Below, in pieces: positions 18,882-28,032 of a DNA stretch of 64,000 bases. Origin of the DNA: an uncultured Spirochaetota bacterium (lineage in GTDB: Bacteria > Spirochaetota > Spirochaetia > SZUA-6 > Fen-1364); contig CAWAHW010000007.1 of assembly GCA_963781885.1 (NCBI GenBank), positions 192,001-256,000 of the forward strand. The letters run 5' to 3'. The notes beneath the pieces are model-generated. The model saw nothing but the letters and a program-made list of their open reading frames with translations, had not been told where the DNA came from and searched no databases. The position numbers and the translations under genes are program-made. Position 1 is the first letter of the stretch, and each line of letters starts with the position of its first letter.

Positions 18882-20882
18882 AGCTTCAGCACCCCCGATG
18901 CAAGGACCAGGAGCCAGTGCACGGCGCCCGTGTAGGCGAATGCCGCGGCATAGATCCCGATCACGATGAAGACGGCCGCGCGCGGGCCGATCTCCTTGAA
19001 CATGGCGGCGATGTTGGCGAAGCACTGGGCGAATGTCGTGAGGAGCACGACGGCGACGATGGCCTGCATGCCGTTGAGAAGCCCTTCGTGCGACATGCGC
19101 AGGATGAAGCCCGCGGCGGCCTCGCTGCGCGCGAAGGTGAGGAGGAGCGCGTCCACCATGTCCAGCGGCAGACCCAGCCACCCGGTGATGAGCGGCCGCA
19201 GCGCCTCCTTGAGGAGCGCCAGGGCGCCAATCTTGTCCAGGACGAACATCGCCAGCGCCGCGGCGATGAATATCGGTATCGCCTCTTTCAGGAACCAGAG
19301 AAGGCGGTAGCCGGTCTTGCGCGCCACGGCGCCCACGCGCGGCATGCGGATGGGCGGCAGCTCCTGGATGAACTGGCTGTCCGTCTCGCCGGGGAGGAAA
19401 CGGTTGAGGAGCAGGCCGGCGGCGACTTCCAGGAGCGCAAGGAAGCCGAATGCGAGGATGAAATACTTCACGCCGTGCTGCCCGAGGATGGCGATGGAGA
19501 GCCCCATCTGCGCCGAGCAGGGTATGGCAAGGCCGATGAGGGCCACGACGATCAGCTTTTCCTTGCGCGACTGCAGTGTGCGCGCCGACATGGTCGCCAT
19601 GGTCTTGCATCCGAACCCGAGCACGAGCGGGATCACCGCGTTGCCCGTGATGCCGATCTTCTCCGATGCCCTCCGCGTGAGGATGGCAAGGTTGGGGAGG
19701 TAGCCGATGTCCTCCAGCAGCCCGAAGACCATGAAGAAGACCGAGAGGATGGGAAGCACCGTCGTGAGCGAGTTGAAGAGCCCCAGCGTCAGGAGGCCGT
19801 GCGGGCCGATCAAAAGGTCGTTCCAGAAGCCGCCCGGGACGATCCGCTGGATGAGGGCAACGACGGGGTCCGTGATCGCCGTCGTGAGCAGAAGGGAAAG
19901 CCCGCCGGCGACATAGACCACCATGATGTAGATGACGCCAAGGAAGAATGCCAGGAGCGGAAGCCCGTAGAGGGGATGCCGGCAGAGGGCGGCGAAGGTC
20001 TGGGAGAAACGCGGCCGCTGTCGCGCCGCGGCGGTGTTCACCGTCACGTGCGCCGCGATCTCGTCCACCCACTGCGTGCGCCGTGCGCTCACCAGGAGCG
20101 GCGCCTTTCCCGCCAGCCGTGCGCGCGTGTCCTCGATGGCGTTGAGCGCGGCCGCCGCGGCGTCGGGCGGGAGGCCGCCGAGCGCGAAGGTGGGGTCGTT
20201 TTCCAGCAGGAGAAGCGCCGAGGATCGGGGGAAGGGGGCCGATGCCGGCAGGAGACCGCTCACGCGGGCAACGGCGGCCTCGGTCTCCTCCCCGTAGGAG
20301 AGCGGCGGCGGTGCCGCGGGCCGCATCCGCAGCGCGCGCCGCAGCTCCGCCATGCCCGGCACCGGGCTCGGGTGAGGAGATGACGGGAACGCCCAGCCGC
20401 CGCGCGAGCGCATCCGGGTCGAGGCGGAGCCCGTCGCGCGCGCTCTCCCCGACCGCGGTGAGCACGAGGACGAGCGGCAGGCCGAGGCCGAGCAGGTCGG
20501 CGGTGAGCAGGAGCGATTCGCGCAGGCGGTGCGTGTCCACGCACTGCACGAGCACGTCGGGCGGCTCGGAGAAAAGCCGCGCGCGCACCACCAGCTCCTC
20601 CTCCGACTGGATGTACAGGCCGTGCAGCCCCGGAGTGTCCGTGACCGCCCACGCCTCCCCGTCGATGGCGCAGTCGTGCGTCTTCACCTCCACGGTGGTC
20701 TGCGGGTAGTTGGACACAAGCTCGTAGGCGCCGGTGAGGCTGTTGCAGAGCTGGCTTTTGCCGCTGTTGGGGAGCCCCGTGACGAGGATGCCGAGCGGGC
20801 GCGGGCGGGGGGAAAGGAGCGGCCCGCCCGCGGCGGGGCGGGGGACCGTGCCCGCGGCGCCCGGCCGACCCGTCTGCCTCAT
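18878..20882 (-). CDS. feoB: Ferrous iron transporter FeoB, split by a 1-nt insertion near 20355
   Basis: GLPNSGKS, SNYPQTTVE and DTPG in one frame; LEDIGYLP, GFGC, PCSAQ, ELPPIRMP membrane domain in another; removing one C at 20355-20357 joins them. Confidence 0.88.
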
Positions 20883-20884
20883 TC

Positions 20885-20905
20885 TGAGATTGAGATGCAT
20901 TCTCA
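20885..20905. promoter_or_regulatory. Fur-box-like operator upstream of feoB
   Basis: TGAGATTGAGATGCATTCTCA: TGAGA-N5-TCTCA palindrome plus a 6-nt-offset half site. Confidence 0.7.
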
Positions 20906-20938
20906 TATTGGAGACATGATGACGATGCGCCACGCGCC

Positions 20939-21373
20939 CTACCTTTTCGCCTTGCGGCAGGCGGCGCAGTAGCCGCGGATGCCGAGGTGATGCTCGACGG
21001 GGCGGAAGCCGTGGCGCCGGCAAACCTTGTCCTGCAGCATCTCCAGCTCGTCGTCCTTGAACTCGATGATGCGGCCGCAGGAGATGCACTCCAGGTGATC
21101 GTGGTGATCGCGGCCCCAGGCGGGCTCGTAGCGGGCCCTCCCGCGGGCGCGCAGGGTTTCCGTGATGATGCCGCTCTGCACGAAGAGGGGGAGCGTCCGA
21201 TAGATCGTCGCGCTGGACAAGGTTTCCCCTTTGCGCTTCAGGAGCTCGTGCAGCCCGTCGGCGTCGAAATGCCCGCGGGAGGCGACGATCCCCTGGAGGA
21301 TTGCGCTCCGTGTCGAGGTGAAGGAGAGACCCCTCCTCTTCAGGTATGCGCGAAAGTGCTCCGCCGGTTCCAT
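20939..21373 (-). CDS. fur: Fur family transcriptional regulator
   Basis: TSTRSAIL, ATIYRTL, HHDHLECISCGRIIEF, GYCAAC. Confidence 0.92.
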   Translation of the reverse strand: MEPAEHFRAYLKRRGLSFTSTRSAILQGIVASRGHFDADGLHELLKRKGETLSSATIYRTLPLFVQSGIITETLRARGRARYEPAWGRDHHDHLECISCGRIIEFKDDELEMLQDKVCRRHGFRPVEHHLGIRGYCAACRKAKR

Positions 21374-21374
21374 G

Positions 21375-21423
21375 TGAGATTGATTCTCAATCTCATAATG
21401 GCCCGCCGCGCGGCCCCTGTCAA
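21375..21423 (-). promoter_or_regulatory. fur promoter with an overlapping Fur-box-like operator
   Basis: TTGACA-17-CATTAT followed by TGAGATTGAGAATCAATCTCA directly before the ATG. Confidence 0.7.
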
Positions 21424-21501
21424 GGGCGTTCGTGCAGGAATGCGCGGGAGCGGGCTCCGTGCCGCGCAAAGGCCGCCCTGCGCCGCACGTCCGCTCCCCG
21501 G

Positions 21502-22341
21502 CTAGACCGCCTTGTCGCGCGGCCGGGGCGCCTCCGGGGCGGCTGCCTCCGTCGGGCGGGGCGCTGCGTCCCGATGCTTCACGAGGCGCGGCATCATGCC
21601 GCGGGACATGGTCTTGCAGCCGCCCTCCGCGTCGATCGTCTGCTGCATCGCCTCGCGCACGGCGGAAGACAGCGCGCGCGCCGCCCGGCGGGGCGAGGCG
21701 CCGGATGACGCCGCGCCCGCCGCATCGGCGGGGAGCGGGAAGACGGGCGTCCCCACGATGACCGATACCCGCGGCGGGATGCGGAAAGCCCGACCCGCGA
21801 TGCGGAGTGTCGCCCTGCCGCGCCAGGAGCGCCGATGGAGGACCGTCGTCACCGGAATGACGGGAACGCGCAACGTGCAGGCAAGGAGGAATGCGCCCGG
21901 GTGGAAGGGCATCAGCTCCTGGTTGCCGCGGTAGCATTCCCCTTCGGGGAAGAAGTGCAGGAATCCAAGCGAATGGAAAGCGCGGTGCGCCGCCGCATCG
22001 AGGATGCGCAGCGCGTCGGGCCTCTCCGGGATGGGCACGCCGCCCAGGAGCCGGACAAATGTGCCCAGCCAGGGGATGAGCGCCGTCTCCTCCAGCATCG
22101 TGAAGTAGGTCCGACGCGGCCGTATCGCGTGCGCGATGATGCCCGGGTCCAGGAGCAGGGTGTGGTTGCTCACGAGGATCGCCCGCTTCACACGGCGCAG
22201 GTTCTCCCGGCCGCGGATGCGGATATCGTAGACGATCCAGTCGAACAGCCGCACGACGGAGACGGCGAAGTGGTAGAGGAGAAAGAAGGGAATGAATGCG
22301 GGGTCAAACCGGATGATGCGGGCACCGTGCGTATATGCCAT
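21502..22341 (-). CDS. PlsC-like lysophospholipid acyltransferase
   Basis: VSNHTLLLD (NHxxxxD), FFPEGE, VPVIPV. Confidence 0.85.
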   Translation of the reverse strand: MAYTHGARIIRFDPAFIPFFLLYHFAVSVVRLFDWIVYDIRIRGRENLRRVKRAILVSNHTLLLDPGIIAHAIRPRRTYFTMLEETALIPWLGTFVRLLGGVPIPERPDALRILDAAAHRAFHSLGFLHFFPEGECYRGNQELMPFHPGAFLLACTLRVPVIPVTTVLHRRSWRGRATLRIAGRAFRIPPRVSVIVGTPVFPLPADAAGAASSGASPRRAARALSSAVREAMQQTIDAEGGCKTMSRGMMPRLVKHRDAAPRPTEAAAPEAPRPRDKAV

Positions 22342-22351
22342 GGAGAGCCTC

Positions 22352-23479
22352 CTAGTGCAGGGTGCGTCCCTTCCAGACGACCCCGTGCCCCGTGACGGAC
22401 TGCGCGAAGCTCCACCACGCCATGTAGAGCAGATGGCCGAAGAGGATGGGGTAGAGGAAGGGCACCCACCATTTCAGGCCCCGGTCGTAGAGAACGAGGG
22501 CCCATGCGAAAAGGAAAAGTCCGACGCAGAGCAGCGAGCGATCCGCACCCGCGATGCCGATCAGCGCCTGGACGGGCAGGAGCGCGAGTGGCAGCATGAC
22601 GAAGCCGACGAGCAGCGTCAGGGCCGCGGCGAAAAGGACCGACCGTGTGCGGGCGATATCGTAGATGTTCTTCGAGACGCCGGCGAAAGAGGCGCGGTAG
22701 CCGTCGTACATCCGGCAGCGCACGTGCCGGCGGATGTCGAGGAAGACCTCGCGGTAGCCCGCCTTCTTCAGCTCGCGCGCGATGGCGAGGTCGTCGGTGA
22801 TCGTGCCGCGCACGCGCGTGTAGCCCCCGATCGATTCGAAGGCGGCGCGGCGGAACACGATCACCTGCCCGATGGCGAATGAGAGCGCGGGAGAGCGCAG
22901 CGGCGCGATCAGCCAGAGGGGGAGCAGCATGGCGGACATGATGTAGGTGGCGGGCACGATGAAGTGCTCGCCGAGGCTTTCCATGTCCTGGTGCACGTAC
23001 CCCGACAGGCAGTCGGCGCGGTGAAACTCGATGTTCGTCACGACCCAGGCGAGGCTTTCCGCTCCGTGCACGGTGTCGGCGTCGGTGAACATCAGGTACT
23101 CGCCGCGCGCCTGGCCCGCGAGCTGCTGCATCGCGTGCGGCTTGCCCAGCCAGCCCGTGTCGGCAAGCGGCGCGCCGCGCACGGCGCGGACCTTTCCCGG
23201 GTAGCGATCGGCGTAGCCCGCGAGGATGCCCCACGTGTCGTCGGTTGACTGGTCGTCGAGCACGACGATCTCGTAATTGTCGTAGGTCTGCCGGAGGAGC
23301 GAATCCAGGCACGCCGCGATGTTCTTCTCTTCGTTTCGTGCCGGTATGAGGACGGATACCTTCCTGCCGCGCCGCACGCGCGGTGCCCGGGAGCTGAGAC
23401 GGAGCCACGCGATATTGGAGAGAGAGAGGAAAACAAAATAGATGGTTCCGAGCAGAAGGGCCGATCGCACGAGCCACAT
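22352..23479 (-). CDS. GT2 glycosyltransferase (CrtQ/HpnB-like)
   Basis: VSVLIPARNEE, DDQSTD, GWLGKPHA, FTDAD, TDD, RCRMY. Confidence 0.88.
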   Translation of the reverse strand: MWLVRSALLLGTIYFVFLSLSNIAWLRLSSRAPRVRRGRKVSVLIPARNEEKNIAACLDSLLRQTYDNYEIVVLDDQSTDDTWGILAGYADRYPGKVRAVRGAPLADTGWLGKPHAMQQLAGQARGEYLMFTDADTVHGAESLAWVVTNIEFHRADCLSGYVHQDMESLGEHFIVPATYIMSAMLLPLWLIAPLRSPALSFAIGQVIVFRRAAFESIGGYTRVRGTITDDLAIARELKKAGYREVFLDIRRHVRCRMYDGYRASFAGVSKNIYDIARTRSVLFAAALTLLVGFVMLPLALLPVQALIGIAGADRSLLCVGLFLFAWALVLYDRGLKWWVPFLYPILFGHLLYMAWWSFAQSVTGHGVVWKGRTLH

Positions 23480-23662
23480 GTTTTCCCCCGTTCGTTCTCA
23501 GCCGCTATTACATCGACACACAATGCATAGACAGGCTATGTAATAATAGTCAAGGGGGAGATGTGCCGTCAACCTGGATCGACGTCATGACTTTGTCAGT
23601 CGGAGTACGTGTTATTTCTGGGCGGGAGGCGGATTATTCCGCCTGTTTGCCGATAAGGAGGC

Positions 23663-23845
23663 ATGATGTCAGGAATTGCGAGCTCATCGCCCGTAGACCT
23701 CGCGAGATCCCTCGATGAGTTGGGCGCGGTCCTTCAGAACGCGCAGGGCCAGGCTTCCCAGCTCGCCGAAAAGCTTCTCAAAGCCGGCGTTCAGCAGGCC
23801 GTCCAGGACGATGCGCTCGGCACGCTCATCGACACGTCCGCCTGA
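23663..23845 (+). CDS. Small protein, YjfB/motility-protein-like
   Basis: AAGGAGG RBS; C-terminal LGTLIDTSA (GxxxDxxA) motif. Confidence 0.5.
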   Translation: MMSGIASSSPVDLARSLDELGAVLQNAQGQASQLAEKLLKAGVQQAVQDDALGTLIDTSA

Positions 23846-23927
23846 AGCAAGGCCGTCCTCCGCGTCGGTGCCGCGCGCGGCGAGGCCGGTTGGCAGGGGC
23901 GGCGTCATCCTGCTACACTCCAAACTC

Positions 23928-24377
23928 ATGACTATCACGCGTGTGCTGCTCAGGTTTCGCGACAGGGATTTTCTGTTTCGGACGATCCTGGTCCTCCTTC
24001 TTTTCTCCCTCGTTCCCCTGGCCGAGATTTTCCTGTTCGTGCTCCTGGGGAACGTGATCGGCAACTACCTCGTTCTCCTCTGTGCCGTGGTCGTGGGGCT
24101 GGTCGGGGGATACGTCGCCCTGACGCAGGCCCGACGCGCCGAGGCGCGGTTGCGCGAACGCGTGGCGGCCGGCGCCTGGCCCGGTCGGGAGATTGCCGAT
24201 TTCCTCGGCTGCGTCGCCGCGGCCATTCTCCTCATCACGCCCGGCTTCATCACCGATTGCGCCGGCCTGCTCCTGCTCATCCCGGCCCTGCGGCGCGCCG
24301 TGGGACGCATGCTCGCCGCGCGGCTTTCGACCGGCTTCAAGGAGCTCTACGACCTGCTTGTGCTGTCACGACTGTGA
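23928..24377 (+). CDS. fxsA: FxsA family membrane protein
   Basis: VPLAEIFLF, LLITPGFITDCAGLLLLIPALR. Confidence 0.85.
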   Translation: MTITRVLLRFRDRDFLFRTILVLLLFSLVPLAEIFLFVLLGNVIGNYLVLLCAVVVGLVGGYVALTQARRAEARLRERVAAGAWPGREIADFLGCVAAAILLITPGFITDCAGLLLLIPALRRAVGRMLAARLSTGFKELYDLLVLSRL

Positions 24378-24413
24378 GGTTTGATAGGCCGTCCGCGAGG
24401 CCCTGACGGGCCC

Positions 24414-25166
24414 CTACAGCTTGAAGATCCGGGAAACGAGCAGAAGTACCAAATAGTAGAAGTACGGGAATACGGCGGCGAGCCGCCATGGCTTGCGGCC
24501 GATGCCGGAAAGCGCGCCGAGACCCGCGGCATGCAGCTTCTTCGACGTCTGCTTCTCCCGGCCGGCGAAGATCTCGAAACAGTTCGCTGCATATAGCGAA
24601 ATGCCGGGATTGAGCTCCTTGCGGTGCTTGAGGATCCACTTGTCGCGCCCGGGGACGCCGGTTCCCACGAGGACCATCGAGGGCGACGACTTCTTCACCG
24701 CCATCACGATGTCCCCTTCCACACCCCGGGGGAAAAAGCCGTAGAAGCGGCCGACGACGCGGATCTCGTGGAAACTTCCCTTGAGATTTTCCTCCGCGAT
24801 CTCCAAGACCTCCTTGCGCGCGCCCAGGAGATAGACGGATCCCTTTGCCTTTTCGATGACGCTCAGGATGCGGATGATGTATTCGAAGGGATTGAACAGG
24901 CTGAGATTTCCCGCCCCGAGGAAGTGCGCGCCTTGCACGATGGGCAGGGAGACCGGGAGGATGAGGGCAGCGTCGCGCAGACAGCGCATGAGCTCGGGGT
25001 CGTGACGCGCGCGGAGCAGACCCCGCAGCGACAGGAAGACGACCTGGTTGTGCTGCCCGTTGTCCAGCAGCTCCGCGACGACCTGCGGCGTGGCATCCGC
25101 GCCGATGCAGTCCACGGGAACGTTGAGAACCTTGATCCTTTTCACTCCGCTTGTGCCGGTCTCCAC
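24414..25166 (-). CDS. WecB/TagA/CpsF family glycosyltransferase (divergent)
   Basis: VLNVPVD, VYLLGAR, VVGRFYGFF, VLVGTGVPG. Confidence 0.8.
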   Translation of the reverse strand: METGTSGVKRIKVLNVPVDCIGADATPQVVAELLDNGQHNQVVFLSLRGLLRARHDPELMRCLRDAALILPVSLPIVQGAHFLGAGNLSLFNPFEYIIRILSVIEKAKGSVYLLGARKEVLEIAEENLKGSFHEIRVVGRFYGFFPRGVEGDIVMAVKKSSPSMVLVGTGVPGRDKWILKHRKELNPGISLYAANCFEIFAGREKQTSKKLHAAGLGALSGIGRKPWRLAAVFPYFYYLVLLLVSRIFKL

Positions 25167-25924
25167 GCATCATTCTCCTGAAGAATCGTCATGACCGCCC
25201 CGAGCGCAAACGTCGCGGCGGTTTCCACGCGCAAGATGCCGGTGTCGAAATGCACCGGCTGGAAGCCCGCGCCCGTCGCCCGGGTGAGCTCCGCGTCAGA
25301 CAGGCCGCCTTCCGGGCCGATGAGCACGCTCACCGTCGCGGGCCTTCCCGCGAGGATCTGGTGGAGCGTCCTGCCGGCCACCGGCTTCTCGTGGAACACG
25401 AGCCCCGTCCCCCAGTCCTCCCCGGCTTCGAAAAGGGAGCTAAAGCTCCGCGGCTCGTCGATCACCGGCACCGTCGGCGTGCCGCTCTGCTGGACGGCCT
25501 CCCGCGCGATCCGCATCAGCCGTTCCGCCCTGCCGTCCCGGTTGCCCGGGCGCACGACCGAATGCTCGCTTTCAAGCGGAACGATCCGGGCCACTCCTGC
25601 CTCTGTCGCCTGTCGGACAATGAGATCGATTTTGCGCCCCTTTGGCAAGCACTGCAGGAGGACGATCCGCGTCCCTGTCGTCCGCGTCGGGGGCGCGCCG
25701 TCCGCGGCCTTTCCGCCGGCGGGCTGCGGGGTGAGCGCGACGAGGCAGTCGCGTGCGCCGACGCTGACGATGCGCATGAGGTAGGAGGCGCCCGCGAGGT
25801 CGCGCGCAGGCAGCTCCGCTCCCGGGGCGAGCCGCCGCACGACGATGAGGTGGCGGAAATCCCCGCCGTGGAGCGTGAGTCTCTCTTCCCCGGCGTACCG
25901 ACCGGGCAGGAGGAACTGTTTCAT
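25142..25924 (-). CDS. rsmE: 16S rRNA m3U1498 methyltransferase
   Basis: RHLIVVRRL, QATEAGV, EAVQQS, IGPEGGLS, ILRVETA. Confidence 0.92.
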   Translation of the reverse strand: MKQFLLPGRYAGEERLTLHGGDFRHLIVVRRLAPGAELPARDLAGASYLMRIVSVGARDCLVALTPQPAGGKAADGAPPTRTTGTRIVLLQCLPKGRKIDLIVRQATEAGVARIVPLESEHSVVRPGNRDGRAERLMRIAREAVQQSGTPTVPVIDEPRSFSSLFEAGEDWGTGLVFHEKPVAGRTLHQILAGRPATVSVLIGPEGGLSDAELTRATGAGFQPVHFDTGILRVETAATFALGAVMTILQENDAWRPAQAE

Positions 25925-25958
25925 GGCAGCGCCTCCTTTCGAGGGCCGTGTGGATGCC

Positions 25959-27368
25959 TTAAGAGGCGGGCGTCGGTATTTCGTGGTTCTCCAGGGCCTT
26001 CACCGCCGCCTGGAGAACGGTATCGAAGTCCAGGTCATAGGCCGGCGGCGTGTTCACGGAGGATTCCACCTGGTCGCGCACGAGCCGCCGCAGGTAACGG
26101 TCGTTCAGCACGTTGCCCTGCGCGTGGAGCGAGGCGACGAACTTCGTCACCTGGTCGTCGGTGGGCTGCGGGTTGGCCTTCACGAAATCCTTGATGAGCG
26201 TGCCGTTGAGCAGGTCGTTCAGCGATTTTTGCTCGACGTCCGTCAGGTCGGGCTCCTTGATCTCGCGGTCCGGCAGGATGCCCACCTTGTCGATCGTCAC
26301 GCCCGAGGGCAGGTAGTAGCGGGACGTGGTGAGGCGGAATCCGCCGTCGCCCAACGGCTGGACCGTCTGCACCGATCCTTTGCCATACGTCTTGACGCCG
26401 AAGAGCAAGGCGCGGTGGTAGTCGCGCAGCGCCCCCGCCACGATCTCCGAGGCGGATGCGGATCCTCCGTCCACGAGAACGACGACCGGGATCTTGGGAT
26501 CCACGAGCATGCGATTGCGCCGCGCGTTGTAGACGATGTTCTCCGAGGCGACCCGTTCGTTCTTCCTCTGGACGATGAGACCCTGGTCGATGAAGAGGTT
26601 CGCCACCTCCACGCCCGCGTCCAGGACGCCGCCCGGATTCTGCCGTAGGTCGAGGATGAGCGACGTGTAGCCCGCGTCCTGGAAGGCGCGGATGGCGTCG
26701 CGGGCGCGCTCGGGCGCCTGCGGCGTGAACTGCGTGATGCGCATGTAGCCGATGGTGCCGTCGATCATGGCATGGACGACGACGGGAAGCTCGATGATGT
26801 CGCGCGTGAGGGTGGCGTCGAACTGGATGTGCTCGCCGCGCTTCACCGTGACCGTCACGTCGGTCTTCGGCTCCCCGCGCAGCCGGGCGGTGATGTCGGT
26901 GAGGGAGATGTCCGCCATGGAGTCACCGTTCACCTTGATGATCACGTCCCCCGCGGTGATGCCGGCCTTGAAGGCGGGCGTGCCCTCGAAGGCGGTCGTC
27001 ACCTGGGCGCCCACCTTTTCGAGCTTCGTGATGGCAAGACCCACGCCGCCGAAGGATCCGTTCACGGTATCGCTCAGGGACTCCCAGTCTTTCGCCGCCA
27101 TGAAACGGGAGTTCTGGTCGCCCAGCGCGTTGAACATGCCGGTGAGCGCCCCTTCGTAGAGGGCCTTGGGCTGCGCCTTGTCGGCGTCAACGTAGTCGTC
27201 GCGTATCTCGCGAAAGACCTGGCCGATGGTTGCGAGGTACGCCTGCGTCTCATCCTCCGCGCTGCCGGCGAGCAGCCGCGGCGACAGGGCAAAGAAGGCG
27301 AGGCCGGCGAGCAGCACGGCGGTGACAACGGTCCAGACGATACGCTCTTTCGAGCCAAACGGTCTCAT
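25959..27368 (-). CDS. ctpA: S41 family C-terminal processing protease (PDZ)
   Basis: FGGVG PDZ motif, LDLRQNPGG, SASASEIVAGALRD, TYGKGSVQ. Confidence 0.9.
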   Translation of the reverse strand: MRPFGSKERIVWTVVTAVLLAGLAFFALSPRLLAGSAEDETQAYLATIGQVFREIRDDYVDADKAQPKALYEGALTGMFNALGDQNSRFMAAKDWESLSDTVNGSFGGVGLAITKLEKVGAQVTTAFEGTPAFKAGITAGDVIIKVNGDSMADISLTDITARLRGEPKTDVTVTVKRGEHIQFDATLTRDIIELPVVVHAMIDGTIGYMRITQFTPQAPERARDAIRAFQDAGYTSLILDLRQNPGGVLDAGVEVANLFIDQGLIVQRKNERVASENIVYNARRNRMLVDPKIPVVVLVDGGSASASEIVAGALRDYHRALLFGVKTYGKGSVQTVQPLGDGGFRLTTSRYYLPSGVTIDKVGILPDREIKEPDLTDVEQKSLNDLLNGTLIKDFVKANPQPTDDQVTKFVASLHAQGNVLNDRYLRRLVRDQVESSVNTPPAYDLDFDTVLQAAVKALENHEIPTPAS

Positions 27369-27506
27369 GCGCTTCTCCCCAAGGCACCATACCACGCCGG
27401 CGCCAATGGTTGTCAATGTACATCCTTTTCCCCTTGCCGGCATGTGCAGGCGGTGGCAGGTCAATGCCTTGACCTCTCTTTTGCACCCCCGCTACACTCA
27501 CCCGCG

Positions 27507-27980
27507 ATGTCCACACGGCGCGGCGTCCTCCTTGCCTGCTCCCTCTGGGAGCTGGTGCGTTTTTTTCTCGTCCTCCTCCTCTTTGTCGCCACGCTGCAGG
27601 ACGCCGCGGGAGTGGGCCCCTGGGTCTACCCGTGGCTGCTCTTCGTCGGTTCGGGAAACCTCCTCATCGCCGTGGGCGACGGCATGCTCGCCCTCTTTCC
27701 GGCGCGGTATGAGGCGCTCATCGCTTTCCTGCGTCTGGGCAAGCTCATGAGCGTCTTTTCATTCCTCCTCCTCATCCTCGCCGGCTCTCTCCGTGTCGCC
27801 TCCTCCCGCGTGGTTTTCGGCGTCGGTCTGGTCGCGGTCACCCAGGGTGCCGTGCTGCTTGCGGTGTTTCTCCTGGACCTCGTGAGCCTGGGAGTCCTCA
27901 TGACTTGGAAAAAGGAGTCGACGCCTGTCGCTCCGTCAGACGACAACCTGCCGGCGTATACGGAGACCGAATGTAGATGA
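27507..27980 (+). CDS. Hypothetical 4-TM membrane protein
   Basis: Four hydrophobic segments; TACACT -10 element 8 nt upstream of the ATG. Confidence 0.6.
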   Translation: MSTRRGVLLACSLWELVRFFLVLLLFVATLQDAAGVGPWVYPWLLFVGSGNLLIAVGDGMLALFPARYEALIAFLRLGKLMSVFSFLLLILAGSLRVASSRVVFGVGLVAVTQGAVLLAVFLLDLVSLGVLMTWKKESTPVAPSDDNLPAYTETECR

Positions 27981-28032
27981 CTATCACTAGGACATCCCCG
28001 CGCCTCTCCTCCCGCCCCGCTCCGGCCTGAGC

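Noticed and set aside
20340-20370. Programmed ribosomal frameshift in feoB (and the other split genes)
   Set aside because: No slippery heptamer or stimulatory structure seen; the same insertion pattern in unrelated genes points to sequencing error
18138-21089. 983-aa FeoB-GTPase/DtxR fusion
   Set aside because: Artefact of the feoB insertion; the middle is low-complexity off-frame text and dtxR has its own coupled start at 18881
23627-23656. sigma28 promoter (GCCGATAA) before the YjfB-like gene
   Set aside because: A good -10 but no TAAA -35 at canonical spacing, and it overlaps the RBS; the adjacent AGGCGGA/TCCGCCT hairpin is unexplained but too weak to call
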